Shown in pieces: positions 1 to 7,667 of a DNA stretch of 40,305 nucleotides. The stretch lies in IMG/VR virus record IMGVR_UViG_3300045988_079557; one strand, written 5' to 3'. How positions within the stretch are numbered: the stretch's first letter is position 1; every line of letters starts with the position of its first letter. This stretch comes from a virus. Position numbers and translations under genes: made by a program. The notes beneath the pieces are model-generated. The model did no database searches, had not been told where the DNA came from, and worked only from the letters and a program-made list of their open reading frames with translations.

Positions 1-89
1 CCTTTTCGACATTACATACAATTGCGATCTTGCGGGCTTAGCACATATGCACAAGGGACATGAGTACATAAAATGCCCGTCACGGCGAG
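1..89. repeat. Left arm of an 89-bp terminal inverted repeat (partner 40217-40305)
   Basis: The reverse complement of 40217-40305 matches 1-89 except at positions 56 and 58 (87/89). The arm starts exactly at window base 1. Confidence 0.9.
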
Positions 90-133
90 TGATTTCAAAA
101 TTTATCATAACGCAATTCTATCTCACCGGGAAC

Positions 134-166
134 AAAAAAAATCCGTCCTACCCAAAGTAAGACGGA
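134..166 (-). terminator. Rho-independent terminator-like hairpin
   Basis: The minus strand reads tccgtcttac-tttgg-gtaggacgga followed by T8. Confidence 0.6.
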
Positions 167-276
167 AATTGGGTGCAGGGTCGAAACTTTCGGAAAAAGA
201 CCAACGATTGGTGCTTGAAGTTTCTGAAAGACTAGGAAAAGAATAATTTTTGAGGCCTCGAACTGCAATATCAAAG

Positions 277-318
277 TAAAAATAAAACAGCGTACCGCAG
301 CCCCCTGCGATACGCTGT
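277..318 (-). terminator. Rho-independent terminator of the surface-protein gene
   Basis: A 14-bp stem with one mismatch (acagcgtaccgcag / ctgcgatacgctgt) lies just 3' of the stop at 331. A T-rich run follows on the minus strand. Confidence 0.7.
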
Positions 319-330
319 TCTCATATAAAA

Positions 331-3300
331 TTATTTCTTAGTAGTAACACTCTTTGAAGCCGACCAAGCACCATAATACTTAGTACCCTTTACAGTTGTG
401 TACGAACGAACACGAACGTAATATTTCTTTTTGCCTGAAAGCTTTGAAACAGTGGTCTTGTCAGTCTTGTTGTTTGTTATGGTAACTTTCTTTGCACTTG
501 TGAACTTTGAGTTGGTGGCATACTGAATCTCGTATCCAGTAGCAGAGCCTTTCTGCGCCCAGTCCACAAAGAATGCCTTGCTCTTTGCCGTGAGCTTCTG
601 TATCTCCTGCTTGGCAGGATTTATCTTGAACGTCTTTGTGATAGTGCCTGCGTAAGAGCCTTTTCCTGTGACTTTTACAGTGGCAGTACCTATATTCTTG
701 TTGCTTGAGTAGGAAACTGTGTAGTCAGTACCATTTTTCAGCGTTTTACCATTGTATTTAACAGTAATGCTCTGCGTGATATTCTTGCCCGTGTATGACT
801 TGTTTGAAATGCCAGAAATGGTAGCTTTCTTGAAGTTATTTTTGATACTGTAGGTCTTAGAAACTGAGCCTGTGTAATTGCCCTTGCCTGTGATAGTGAC
901 CTTTGCTGTGCCTACCTTGGTGTTGTTTGAATAGGAAACTGTGTAATCTGTACCATTCTTCAAAGTTTTGCCGTTTAGCTTGACCGTTACACCAGGCTTC
1001 TTTGCCTTGCCATCATAAGCGTAGGTCGAAGTGGAAAGTGTCACGCTTGCCTTTGAAATGCTAATTCTTGAAAGTGCAGGAATTTCAGCCGTTTCAAGAA
1101 CTTTCTTGCAGACTGTACATTCCTTGTGTTTTGAGCCTTTAACTCCGATAGAAGCCGCCTTGTCAACTATCCAACCGCTTGACTTGTGACCTGTGGCATT
1201 TATCACTGTCTGAACCTTGATAACAGTATTGCAAACTGAGCAATGTGAGCCGTCTGTTTTGCCTGCGGTGGTGCAAGTAGCAGGGTAGCCCTTGTCGGTA
1301 ACTGCAGTGTGACCCTTTGCAGGAAGCTTTTCTGTAACTGTCACATTGCACTTTGTGCAAGTCTTTATTTTTGTACCCTCTGATGTGCAGGTAGGCTGTT
1401 TTGTTACAACAGAATTTCCGTAGCTGTGACCTGTTGCCTTAGTTGTGCTATCCTTGTATGAAGTACCGCAAACAGAACACTTGTGGAGTGTATAGCCGTC
1501 AGTAGTGCAAGTAGGTGCAACAACTGTGTTAGCATATTTGTGTGAAGTCTTCGGTATAGTTTCTGTAACTGTCGCATTGCACTTTGTGCAAGTCTTTATA
1601 GCAGTACCCTCTGATGTGCAGGTCGGTTGTTTTGTTACAACAGAATTTCCATAGCTGTGACCTGTTGCTTTTGTTGTGCTATCCTTGTATGAAGTACCGC
1701 AAACAGAACACTTGTGGAGAGTGTAGCCGTTAGTAGTGCAAGTAGGTGCAACAACTGTGGTTGTGTAGCTGTGGGAAAGCTTTGCAATTGTTTCTGTTAC
1801 TGTTGCTCCGCACTGCGTACAAGTTTTTGTTTTTGTACCTTCCGCTGTGCAGGTCGGCTGTTTTGTGATAACAGCACTGCCATATGTGTGGCTCGTGCAT
1901 CCGCAGGTGAATTTGTATGTCTTTGCTACAGACGGATTGTATGTAGGATAAATTTTTACAGTGAGTGAACCGCCGTTTTTGAATGTGATACGTCTGATAT
2001 CATTAGCATAGTTTTCAAGCTTATTTACACTTACCATACTGCGATCAGAAAATTCAACTGTGTAGTCTGTATCGTCATAAAGCCAGAAATCAATGCTGTC
2101 GCCCACACTGAACTGAGTTTTGCTCAATACGCTTGAAAAGGACGTATTTGAAAGGTCTGTGCGCCAATAAACAGTGGTAGAGGTCGGAACTGTGAACTTA
2201 TTCACATAACCGCAAGACTTGCAGGTCTGTGTTACAGTGCCGTCAGTTTTTGATGCGTACTTTGTTTCGTAGTCATGACCTGTTTTGACGTCAACCGTTT
2301 TGATATCGTCAAGATTTGAAAGGTTCAGGGAGTTGAAGGTCACGTTATTTTTATCGTAAACATACCAAACTGCTCTGCCGTTTTTGATAACAGGCTGGCA
2401 ATCTGAAAGGCTTCCCTCAAAGGTGTGTATACTGCCGTTTACTGTGCCGTCAGCGTTTAGCTTCACACAGCTTACCTTTGTATCTCTGCTCCACAATAGC
2501 AAAAAGCTGTTATTATTTATCTTCACAAGCTGTGGAGCAGAAGCTGAAGCTGTACCCTCTGCATAAGAAGTTATCTTATTGAGCTTGTTTGTGGAAAGGT
2601 CCTTTGAAACAGCGGAAACGTAGACGTTTCGTGTTTCTGACGTATTGATATAATCAAGGTCAACTGTACTCTGTGCCACGATATAGCTTGATGATGACAC
2701 ATCAAAGCCGCCTATAGCCGCACCTGTATAGTTATAGTGACCGGCGGTATATTCAGGGTATGTTACAACGTCGATATTGCTGACCTGTTCAAAATAGCTT
2801 GGGAAGAATTTGCCTGTGGTAAAATCAGAATTATACTTCACCAGAACGGCAGAACGTGGATGAGCGTCACCATGGTCGAGGGCGACTATATGGTTGCCAT
2901 CGGTTTTTATAAACTGATTGAAGGAGTGGCTAACATAGCCATAATCAACGTTCATGATGCCGGTATACGAATCAGTGATAGTCATTGAAGGCATATCCAC
3001 TTCAATGGTAACATTAGCCTGATGATTATTGCCGTCGCTTGATTTATACATTTCATGGCAGGTTCTCACAAGCAGGTGGTCACCGCTATGGGTCATTCTT
3101 GCCGAGCCTGCATCGAATGGAACTGTAGTGTTAGCTCCATACAGACCGCAGGACTTTATTTTGTTCCAATTCTTATCATACTTCGTGATACGGAAAACCT
3201 CGAGGGAGTCGTTTTGTTTCGGATTTTCCTGACCGCTAAGGACATAATAATTATTGCCGGAGTCATAGAAAGCACCAAAGATCGGCAGTTCATTGTCGAT

Positions 3301-3585
3301 AAGTTTAGTGCTGAGCGGTTCAAAATCAGAGCTGTAATATTCCACAAGGAGCTTGCCCTTGATAGCGCCTGACTGGACACGCATATAATTGCCGTTGTCG
3401 CACACTGTCAAGTAAGATTTCACTGTGTCAGACCATTGCACATAGTCCTGATCATTCACATTAGAGCCTGAATACGCAACACATTGCGCCACGGCAAAGG
3501 CACTGAACGATCCAGCAGACACAGCAGTAGAAACAGCCATTGCGCCAGACAGGACAATGCTCAACATTCTTTTCTTCATATTCAT
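331..3585 (-). CDS. Secreted multi-domain cell-surface protein (host gene) with Cys-rich repeats, Ig-like repeats and an FN3-like C-terminus
   Basis: ORF track 331..3606. I moved the start to the ATG at 3585, which has GAGGTG about 8 nt upstream. The product has a signal peptide (MKKRMLSIVLSGAMAVSTAVSAGSFSAFA). It has three ~77-aa repeats of the form TCT..G....C..CG, and two 'GTDYTVSY.N..GTA.V.VTGKGNYTG' repeats. The FN3-like tail reads 'GYEIQYATNSKF...YYVRVRSY'. Confidence 0.8.
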   Translation of the reverse strand: MNMKKRMLSIVLSGAMAVSTAVSAGSFSAFAVAQCVAYSGSNVNDQDYVQWSDTVKSYLTVCDNGNYMRVQSGAIKGKLLVEYYSSDFEPLSTKLIDNELPIFGAFYDSGNNYYVLSGQENPKQNDSLEVFRITKYDKNWNKIKSCGLYGANTTVPFDAGSARMTHSGDHLLVRTCHEMYKSSDGNNHQANVTIEVDMPSMTITDSYTGIMNVDYGYVSHSFNQFIKTDGNHIVALDHGDAHPRSAVLVKYNSDFTTGKFFPSYFEQVSNIDVVTYPEYTAGHYNYTGAAIGGFDVSSSSYIVAQSTVDLDYINTSETRNVYVSAVSKDLSTNKLNKITSYAEGTASASAPQLVKINNNSFLLLWSRDTKVSCVKLNADGTVNGSIHTFEGSLSDCQPVIKNGRAVWYVYDKNNVTFNSLNLSNLDDIKTVDVKTGHDYETKYASKTDGTVTQTCKSCGYVNKFTVPTSTTVYWRTDLSNTSFSSVLSKTQFSVGDSIDFWLYDDTDYTVEFSDRSMVSVNKLENYANDIRRITFKNGGSLTVKIYPTYNPSVAKTYKFTCGCTSHTYGSAVITKQPTCTAEGTKTKTCTQCGATVTETIAKLSHSYTTTVVAPTCTTNGYTLHKCSVCGTSYKDSTTKATGHSYGNSVVTKQPTCTSEGTAIKTCTKCNATVTETIPKTSHKYANTVVAPTCTTDGYTLHKCSVCGTSYKDSTTKATGHSYGNSVVTKQPTCTSEGTKIKTCTKCNVTVTEKLPAKGHTAVTDKGYPATCTTAGKTDGSHCSVCNTVIKVQTVINATGHKSSGWIVDKAASIGVKGSKHKECTVCKKVLETAEIPALSRISISKASVTLSTSTYAYDGKAKKPGVTVKLNGKTLKNGTDYTVSYSNNTKVGTAKVTITGKGNYTGSVSKTYSIKNNFKKATISGISNKSYTGKNITQSITVKYNGKTLKNGTDYTVSYSSNKNIGTATVKVTGKGSYAGTITKTFKINPAKQEIQKLTAKSKAFFVDWAQKGSATGYEIQYATNSKFTSAKKVTITNNKTDKTTVSKLSGKKKYYVRVRSYTTVKGTKYYGAWSASKSVTTKK
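1331..1870. repeat. 231-bp (77-codon) tandem repeat, 2 full copies plus a diverged third copy, inside the surface-protein CDS
   Basis: 'tctgtaactgtc(a/g)cattgcactttgtgcaagtcttta' recurs at 1331 and 1562. A diverged copy starts near 1793. The long near-identical stretches are visible by eye. Confidence 0.8.
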
Positions 3586-3766
3586 CAATTTCATCACCTC
3601 ATACAAAAACTTTTAAACGAGAACACCTTTATATATATAATATCACAACGCAAGGCATATGTCAATGAAAATAAGTTACAATGAGAATGATTTCAATAAA
3701 TTCGTCAAACACCAAAGGTCAACGCAGTAAAAAAGAGCAAAGAGGATACAAAACAAAAAAAACGCC

Positions 3767-3795
3767 TTGACAAGGTTTGATGGGTGTGATATAAT
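3767..3795 (+). promoter_or_regulatory. Consensus sigma-A type promoter of tRNA-Pro
   Basis: TTGACA (3767-3772), a 17-nt spacer, then TATAAT (3790-3795), about 15 nt upstream of the tRNA 5' end. Confidence 0.8.
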
Positions 3796-3810
3796 ATTAC
3801 AGTGGTATTT

Positions 3811-3887
3811 CGAGGTGTGGCTCAGTTTGGTAGAGCGCTGCGTTCGGGACGCAGAGGCCGTGGGTTCAAGTCCCGTCACCTCGACCA
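3811..3887 (+). tRNA. tRNA-Pro (anticodon CGG), CCA encoded
   Basis: Manual cloverleaf. Acceptor cgaggtg/cacctcg, D arm gctc-agtttggta-gagc. Anticodon stem ctgcg/cgcag with loop ttCGGga. T arm gtggg-ttcaagt-cccgt, then A-CCA. Confidence 0.85.
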
Positions 3888-3888
3888 G
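3857..3888 (+). repeat. attL core: 32-bp direct repeat covering the 3' end of tRNA-Pro
   Basis: gccgtgggttcaagtcccgtcacctcgaccag is identical at 3857-3888 and 39998-40029. Confidence 0.9.
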
Positions 3889-3892
3889 CACA

Positions 3893-3939
3893 AAACCGCT
3901 TGTTTACGTCAAATGGCGTAGATAGGCGGTTTTCTTTAT
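3893..3939 (+). terminator. Terminator-like hairpin after the reconstituted tRNA (phage-derived side)
   Basis: The outer stem is aaaccgc/gcggttt and the inner pairing is tacg/cgta. It is followed by tctttat. Confidence 0.5.
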
Positions 3940-3994
3940 GCTCTAAAATGTTAAAATATGCGTAAAAATGATAAAATATCAGCTAAAATAATAA

Positions 3995-4016
3995 ATATAT
4001 GACACGAAATATGACA
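3995..4016 (+). repeat. 22-bp block with two tandem ATATGACA motifs; candidate integrase arm-type site (partner 39932-39953)
   Basis: atatatgacacgaaatatgaca is identical at 3995-4016 and 39932-39953. Both copies are in the same orientation and flank the att core in the reconstructed attP. Confidence 0.55.
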
Positions 4017-4099
4017 CGGAATTTTGCACACACTGAAATTTTGCTCTGAAAATATGCACAAAAAGCAAGCCTATATTTGTGCAATCCTACAAAGTTCAA

Positions 4100-4157
4100 T
4101 GTTATCTATATTTTTGTTATCTAACTACTTGACATTTGCTAGATAACATGGTATACT
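4100..4157 (+). promoter_or_regulatory. Promoter of the cargo operon with three TGTTATCTA operator-like sites
   Basis: TTGACA (4129-4134), 17 nt, TATACT (4152-4157), preceded by TGg as an extended -10. TGTTATCTA occurs at 4100-4108 and 4115-4123. Its inverted copy TAGATAACA is at 4140-4148, so the pair brackets the -35 box. Confidence 0.7.
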
Positions 4158-4217
4158 ATAATCACAGGCAAGAGATGAGACCTGAAATCAAAAATTAATT
4201 TTCGGAGGTACAAAATC

Positions 4218-4475
4218 ATGAAAATCACAGGCGTTAAGAAAGCAGTAGGAACTTACAAGAGAGCAAACAGCGGTGGATATTATCGTTCATCATATGGTGC
4301 TTTGATGGTTGATATGTCAAAAGGTTATGTATGGTGCGACGAATTTTCAGACAGATTTTCGTACATCGCCTATGACGATGAAAACATCGCACGCATAAAT
4401 CTTGAGAGTGAGCCAGCAACCATGCAGAACGTAAAGGCAATTGCCGAAAGAATGTGCGCTGAACATATCGCATAA
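4218..4475 (+). CDS. Hypothetical 85-aa protein (cargo gene A)
   Basis: ORF track. RBS cggaggt lies 8 nt before the ATG. I recognise no motif. Confidence 0.6.
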   Translation: MKITGVKKAVGTYKRANSGGYYRSSYGALMVDMSKGYVWCDEFSDRFSYIAYDDENIARINLESEPATMQNVKAIAERMCAEHIA

Positions 4476-4574
4476 AAACAGCCCTGACGAGTATCTGAAA
4501 ATTGATACGAAACGCCCCACAAAAAAAGGGGCGTCGGCTGGAAAGCAAAATAAAATTTGAAAGGAACTGATAAC

Positions 4575-5282
4575 ATGAGTAATTTGAAAAACATGAGAGA
4601 AAAAAGAGGCATGACACAAGATGAGCTGGCAAAGAGAATAGGTTCTGTCAGAAGCTATATTTGCCGCCTGGAGAGCGGTGCGCAGGATATAAACTTTATC
4701 CAGGCAAGCACGCTGGGACGTCTATGCACGGCACTGGACTGCAAGCCCGAAGATTTGCTGGAAGCTGATAGTTTCGAGTTTGAGGAGATCAACGGCGAAA
4801 AGCGACTGATAGTTGACGGGCTGTATGCCCCTGAAGGAAATTATTTGCTTGTAAAAATCAAAAACAGAACGTATCAGCTGAGCATGATTGATTTTTCAAA
4901 TGTTGATGATATATCCAAACATTTGATACCACGTGGCAACGCAAATATCCCACGAAGCGCAGCAGAGTTCGACAAGAAGGCATACTGGATATATAAAATG
5001 GCGCCACGTGACGGCGTGGAGGTCAAAGTCCTAGACCCTATCAGCCCCGAAGATTGGAAGGCGCTGATTGAAAAACTAGAGCTGACCGATGATGATATCT
5101 CGGACGAATTTGAAGTTGTCAAGGGTAAGAACTATGGTGAAAAGTGTGAGAAACACTACGTTTGCAGACAGATAAGACTTACCACCCCGAAAAATTCGGT
5201 TACGATTGAGCGAGAGTTGAAAAAACATGGCATTGAGGCAATGAACGTAAGTGTTGACCGCATAAACATCAGGGTAAAATGA
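4575..5282 (+). CDS. XRE-family HTH domain fused to an unknown ~170-aa C-terminal domain (cargo gene B)
   Basis: ORF track 4557..5282 opens with TTG. I prefer the ATG at 4575, which has aaagga 9 nt upstream. The N-terminus 'LKNMREKRGMTQDELAKRIGSVRSYICRLESGAQDINFIQASTLGRLCTALDCKPEDLL' is a typical XRE HTH. Confidence 0.7.
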   Translation: MSNLKNMREKRGMTQDELAKRIGSVRSYICRLESGAQDINFIQASTLGRLCTALDCKPEDLLEADSFEFEEINGEKRLIVDGLYAPEGNYLLVKIKNRTYQLSMIDFSNVDDISKHLIPRGNANIPRSAAEFDKKAYWIYKMAPRDGVEVKVLDPISPEDWKALIEKLELTDDDISDEFEVVKGKNYGEKCEKHYVCRQIRLTTPKNSVTIERELKKHGIEAMNVSVDRINIRVK

Positions 5283-5283
5283 C

Positions 5284-6258
5284 ATGGCAAAACAAAAATA
5301 CGAATTGCTGCCAGACAAAGTAGTTGCAGCCAATGCAGAAACCATAAAAGCCATAGGGCATATCGCAACCGATACCGATATAGTGGATTATGTCAGCGGT
5401 CAGCTGATGCGTGACTATATCAAATTCGGTAAGAAAACCCTAGACGAAGCCGCCAAGTTGACCGAACAAACGATAATGTCAGATGATTTTTTAGACAAGC
5501 TGGGTGCTATAAAAAATATGACAAACTGGTACTATAGTGGACGGCAAGTGTATCTATTTGATGATGATTTTGCAGATTTGCTCAGCGGTCAAGGCACAGC
5601 AGATTTGAAAATCAGTGCAGACGTTTTCAAACAATTGCCATGCAACTGTTTTTACGTTCAGCGAAAATACAAAAATAGTGTGGGGTTCTTTTTCGACTTG
5701 CAGGGCGACCGAATGACAATGACAGAATATTTTTTTGACGATTCCAAAAAAGACTACTATTCGGAATCAATCGCTATAGAATTGCAGTATGATATATCAG
5801 TTGAAGACCTGATATATAAAATTCTAGGCAGCTATGCCAAAAAAGACAAGGCAGGCACTAAGGCAATGATATGCGACATAGCCGAAAAATTGCAGTTCAT
5901 CGTCTATTTATCGGCTGTAAACGCAGAAATCGCACCAGTCACGAAACGCCAGGTGCAGAAGAAAACCGCCACACAACGTCCACAGAAGCCGTCTGCACAG
6001 CCACAGAAATCAGCCATAGCCAATGTAGGATACCGCATTGGCATTGCCGTGCGCAAGCATAGGCAGGCTGAAAGCAGTGCTAGTTATCAGCATAGCCCAC
6101 AAGGTCACAGCGCACCGAAAGCACCGCACATCAGGCGTGCGCACTTTCACGGCTACCATACCAACAACGGCTATCAGGTGAAGTGGCTGAATACAATCTT
6201 CGTCAACGCTGAGCGTGATGATAATGATATCAGCACGATTCACAAGGTGCTGCAATAA
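5284..6258 (+). CDS. Hypothetical 324-aa protein (cargo gene C) with an acidic N-terminal region, a Q/P/K-rich linker and a basic His-rich C-terminus
   Basis: ORF track. The ATG lies 1 nt after the stop of gene B (TGAcATG). The C-terminal motif is 'PHIRRAHFHGYHTNNGYQVKWLNTIFVN'. I see no enzymatic motif. Confidence 0.65.
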   Translation: MAKQKYELLPDKVVAANAETIKAIGHIATDTDIVDYVSGQLMRDYIKFGKKTLDEAAKLTEQTIMSDDFLDKLGAIKNMTNWYYSGRQVYLFDDDFADLLSGQGTADLKISADVFKQLPCNCFYVQRKYKNSVGFFFDLQGDRMTMTEYFFDDSKKDYYSESIAIELQYDISVEDLIYKILGSYAKKDKAGTKAMICDIAEKLQFIVYLSAVNAEIAPVTKRQVQKKTATQRPQKPSAQPQKSAIANVGYRIGIAVRKHRQAESSASYQHSPQGHSAPKAPHIRRAHFHGYHTNNGYQVKWLNTIFVNAERDDNDISTIHKVLQ

Positions 6259-6278
6259 CTGTGTACCGCAATAAAAAA

Positions 6279-6307
6279 AGCCGCCAGGGCAAAGCGCTCT
6301 GACGGCT
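6279..6307 (-). terminator. Terminator between the convergent cargo operon and the late (lysis) operon
   Basis: The stem is agccgccag/ctgacggct with one mismatch. An A7 run lies on the plus-strand 5' side, giving a T7 run after the hairpin on the minus strand. Confidence 0.7.
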
Positions 6308-6341
6308 AAATTTATGCGAATTTTATGCGAATTTTATTCGA

Positions 6342-6995
6342 CTATTTTTTGATTTTTTCACGCAGTTTCTTGATGAATTTCTTGCCTGCTATGCCGTTCG
6401 GCTTATAGCCCCATGTTTTCAGCCTTGCATTGATAGCACTGACAGTGCCCTTGCCGATGATTGCATTATCGTCCAGCTTCGCACCGTCAAGGATCAGCAA
6501 CTGTTTCAGGGCATATGACCCGTCTGTGCTCGCACCTTTCTTATAACCCTTTGTCTCCAGTGTAGGCGGATTGATAACGCTCTGATTTTTCGGACGCAGA
6601 ACGCCAAGAACATGGTTATAGTTGTGATAGACACGTGTGCATGGGTCATTCCTGCCCAGCCAGTTCTGATCGTAGCTGTAGAAATATTTTGTGTTGCCCT
6701 CGCCTGTGGCTATGGCAACGTGACCAATACCGCCGTTCAGACTACCGCCCCATACCACGATATCACCCTTTTTCGGAACGAATGACGGCGTGTTTTTAAT
6801 TCTGGTAAAATAGCCCTTGACCGCCTGCTTGTCGAAATCTTCGTAAATCTGTTTCGCATACATACCTGTGAACATACCGCAGCCGACAACATCTCTGTTG
6901 TACTGATTAGCCAGGTCAAAACACTGTACACCGTACAACTTATCGAAATTAATGCCCTTGCCTTTATATTTCTTCACGAACTCATCAAATGTCAT
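6342..6995 (-). CDS. Endolysin: CHAP-domain peptidoglycan hydrolase with a C-terminal PG-binding-like domain
   Basis: CHAP signature 'GVQCFDLANQY ... GDIVVWGG...GHVAIA'. It is the last gene of the late operon, next to the holin. Confidence 0.8.
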   Translation of the reverse strand: MTFDEFVKKYKGKGINFDKLYGVQCFDLANQYNRDVVGCGMFTGMYAKQIYEDFDKQAVKGYFTRIKNTPSFVPKKGDIVVWGGSLNGGIGHVAIATGEGNTKYFYSYDQNWLGRNDPCTRVYHNYNHVLGVLRPKNQSVINPPTLETKGYKKGASTDGSYALKQLLILDGAKLDDNAIIGKGTVSAINARLKTWGYKPNGIAGKKFIKKLREKIKK

Positions 6996-6998
6996 AGT

Positions 6999-7376
6999 TT
7001 AGTCCTCCTTATCTTTGAAAACACCAAATTTTGCCACGATTTTGTTTATCCAACTGGCTTGCGGATTGATTTCACCATAGTTTTCCAGTATGGAAACTAT
7101 TTCCATAGCAAAAATATACCCGAAAACAGCTAGTGCGGTTATAGTGCCTGCAATGCCTGCCAGTTCGCTATGTCCATAGTAGTGACCTAGCTGTTCAAAA
7201 CCTATCTCCGAACCGATAGCCACACCCATGACGACTATTTCGGCTAACTTGTTCAGACCGCCCTTGCGCATTTTCGATGACTGAACGTCGCCTTTGCAAT
7301 AGGCTTTTATCCAGCCTGTGGCAAAATCAGCCAACGCAAGACCTATCACGATCATCAGCATGATTATGTATTTCAC
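6999..7376 (-). CDS. Holin (TcdE/phage_holin_4-like)
   Basis: Three hydrophobic segments, 'DFATGWIKA', 'SSKMRKGGLNKL' and the 'EIVSILEN' motif. It uses a GTG start that overlaps the upstream stop (GTGA). Confidence 0.8.
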   Translation of the reverse strand: MKYIIMLMIVIGLALADFATGWIKAYCKGDVQSSKMRKGGLNKLAEIVVMGVAIGSEIGFEQLGHYYGHSELAGIAGTITALAVFGYIFAMEIVSILENYGEINPQASWINKIVAKFGVFKDKED

Positions 7377-7516
7377 TTCACTACCTCGCTTTCATACTTT
7401 TCTCCTGTGATTTCCTCGTACTGCTCAGGGGTTATTTTCCCCCTGTCAGCAAAGTCCTTGACCTGTTCAGCGGTGTACAAACCTAAATCGTACAAACGTT
7501 TGACCTTTTTATACAT
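7373..7516 (-). CDS. XkdX-family small protein (47 aa, not in the ORF track)
   Basis: Hand translation gives MYKKVKRLYDLGLYTAEQVKDFADRGKITPEQYEEITGEKYESEVVK. This matches the XkdX pattern (Y..G.yT.eqV...v..g.IT.e.Y.eITGe.Y). The start and stop overlap the neighbouring genes. Confidence 0.7.
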   Translation of the reverse strand: MYKKVKRLYDLGLYTAEQVKDFADRGKITPEQYEEITGEKYESEVVK

Positions 7517-7667
7517 TGTCGTCACCCTCCTCAATCAAAGTGTCGGTCATTAGCGCGGTATATAGCACCTGCGCTTCTAGCTCGTCCACCTTTGTGGCTT
7601 TCTTCGGCTGAAAATCTTCGGTGGATAGTCCTAGCTTTTCAGCCATTTTTCTCTGTAAATCTGTCAT
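7509..7667 (-). CDS. Small hypothetical protein (52 aa, not in the ORF track)
   Basis: Hand translation gives MTDLQRKMAEKLGLSTEDFQPKKATKVDELEAQVLYTALMTDTLIEEGDDNV. There is an ATGA overlap with the tail-fibre stop and an ATGTATAA overlap with the XkdX-like start. Confidence 0.55.
   Translation of the reverse strand: MTDLQRKMAEKLGLSTEDFQPKKATKVDELEAQVLYTALMTDTLIEEGDDNV

Noticed and set aside
3676-3891. 71-aa minus-strand ORF
   Set aside because: It lies antisense across the tRNA-Pro gene and its promoter. It has no RBS, and the tRNA cloverleaf explains the region.
4234-5368. Minus-strand ORFs overlapping the cargo genes (4234-4632, 4874-5122, 5076-5354 and others)
   Set aside because: They have no RBS and overlap better-supported plus-strand genes. 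There is no promoter context for them.
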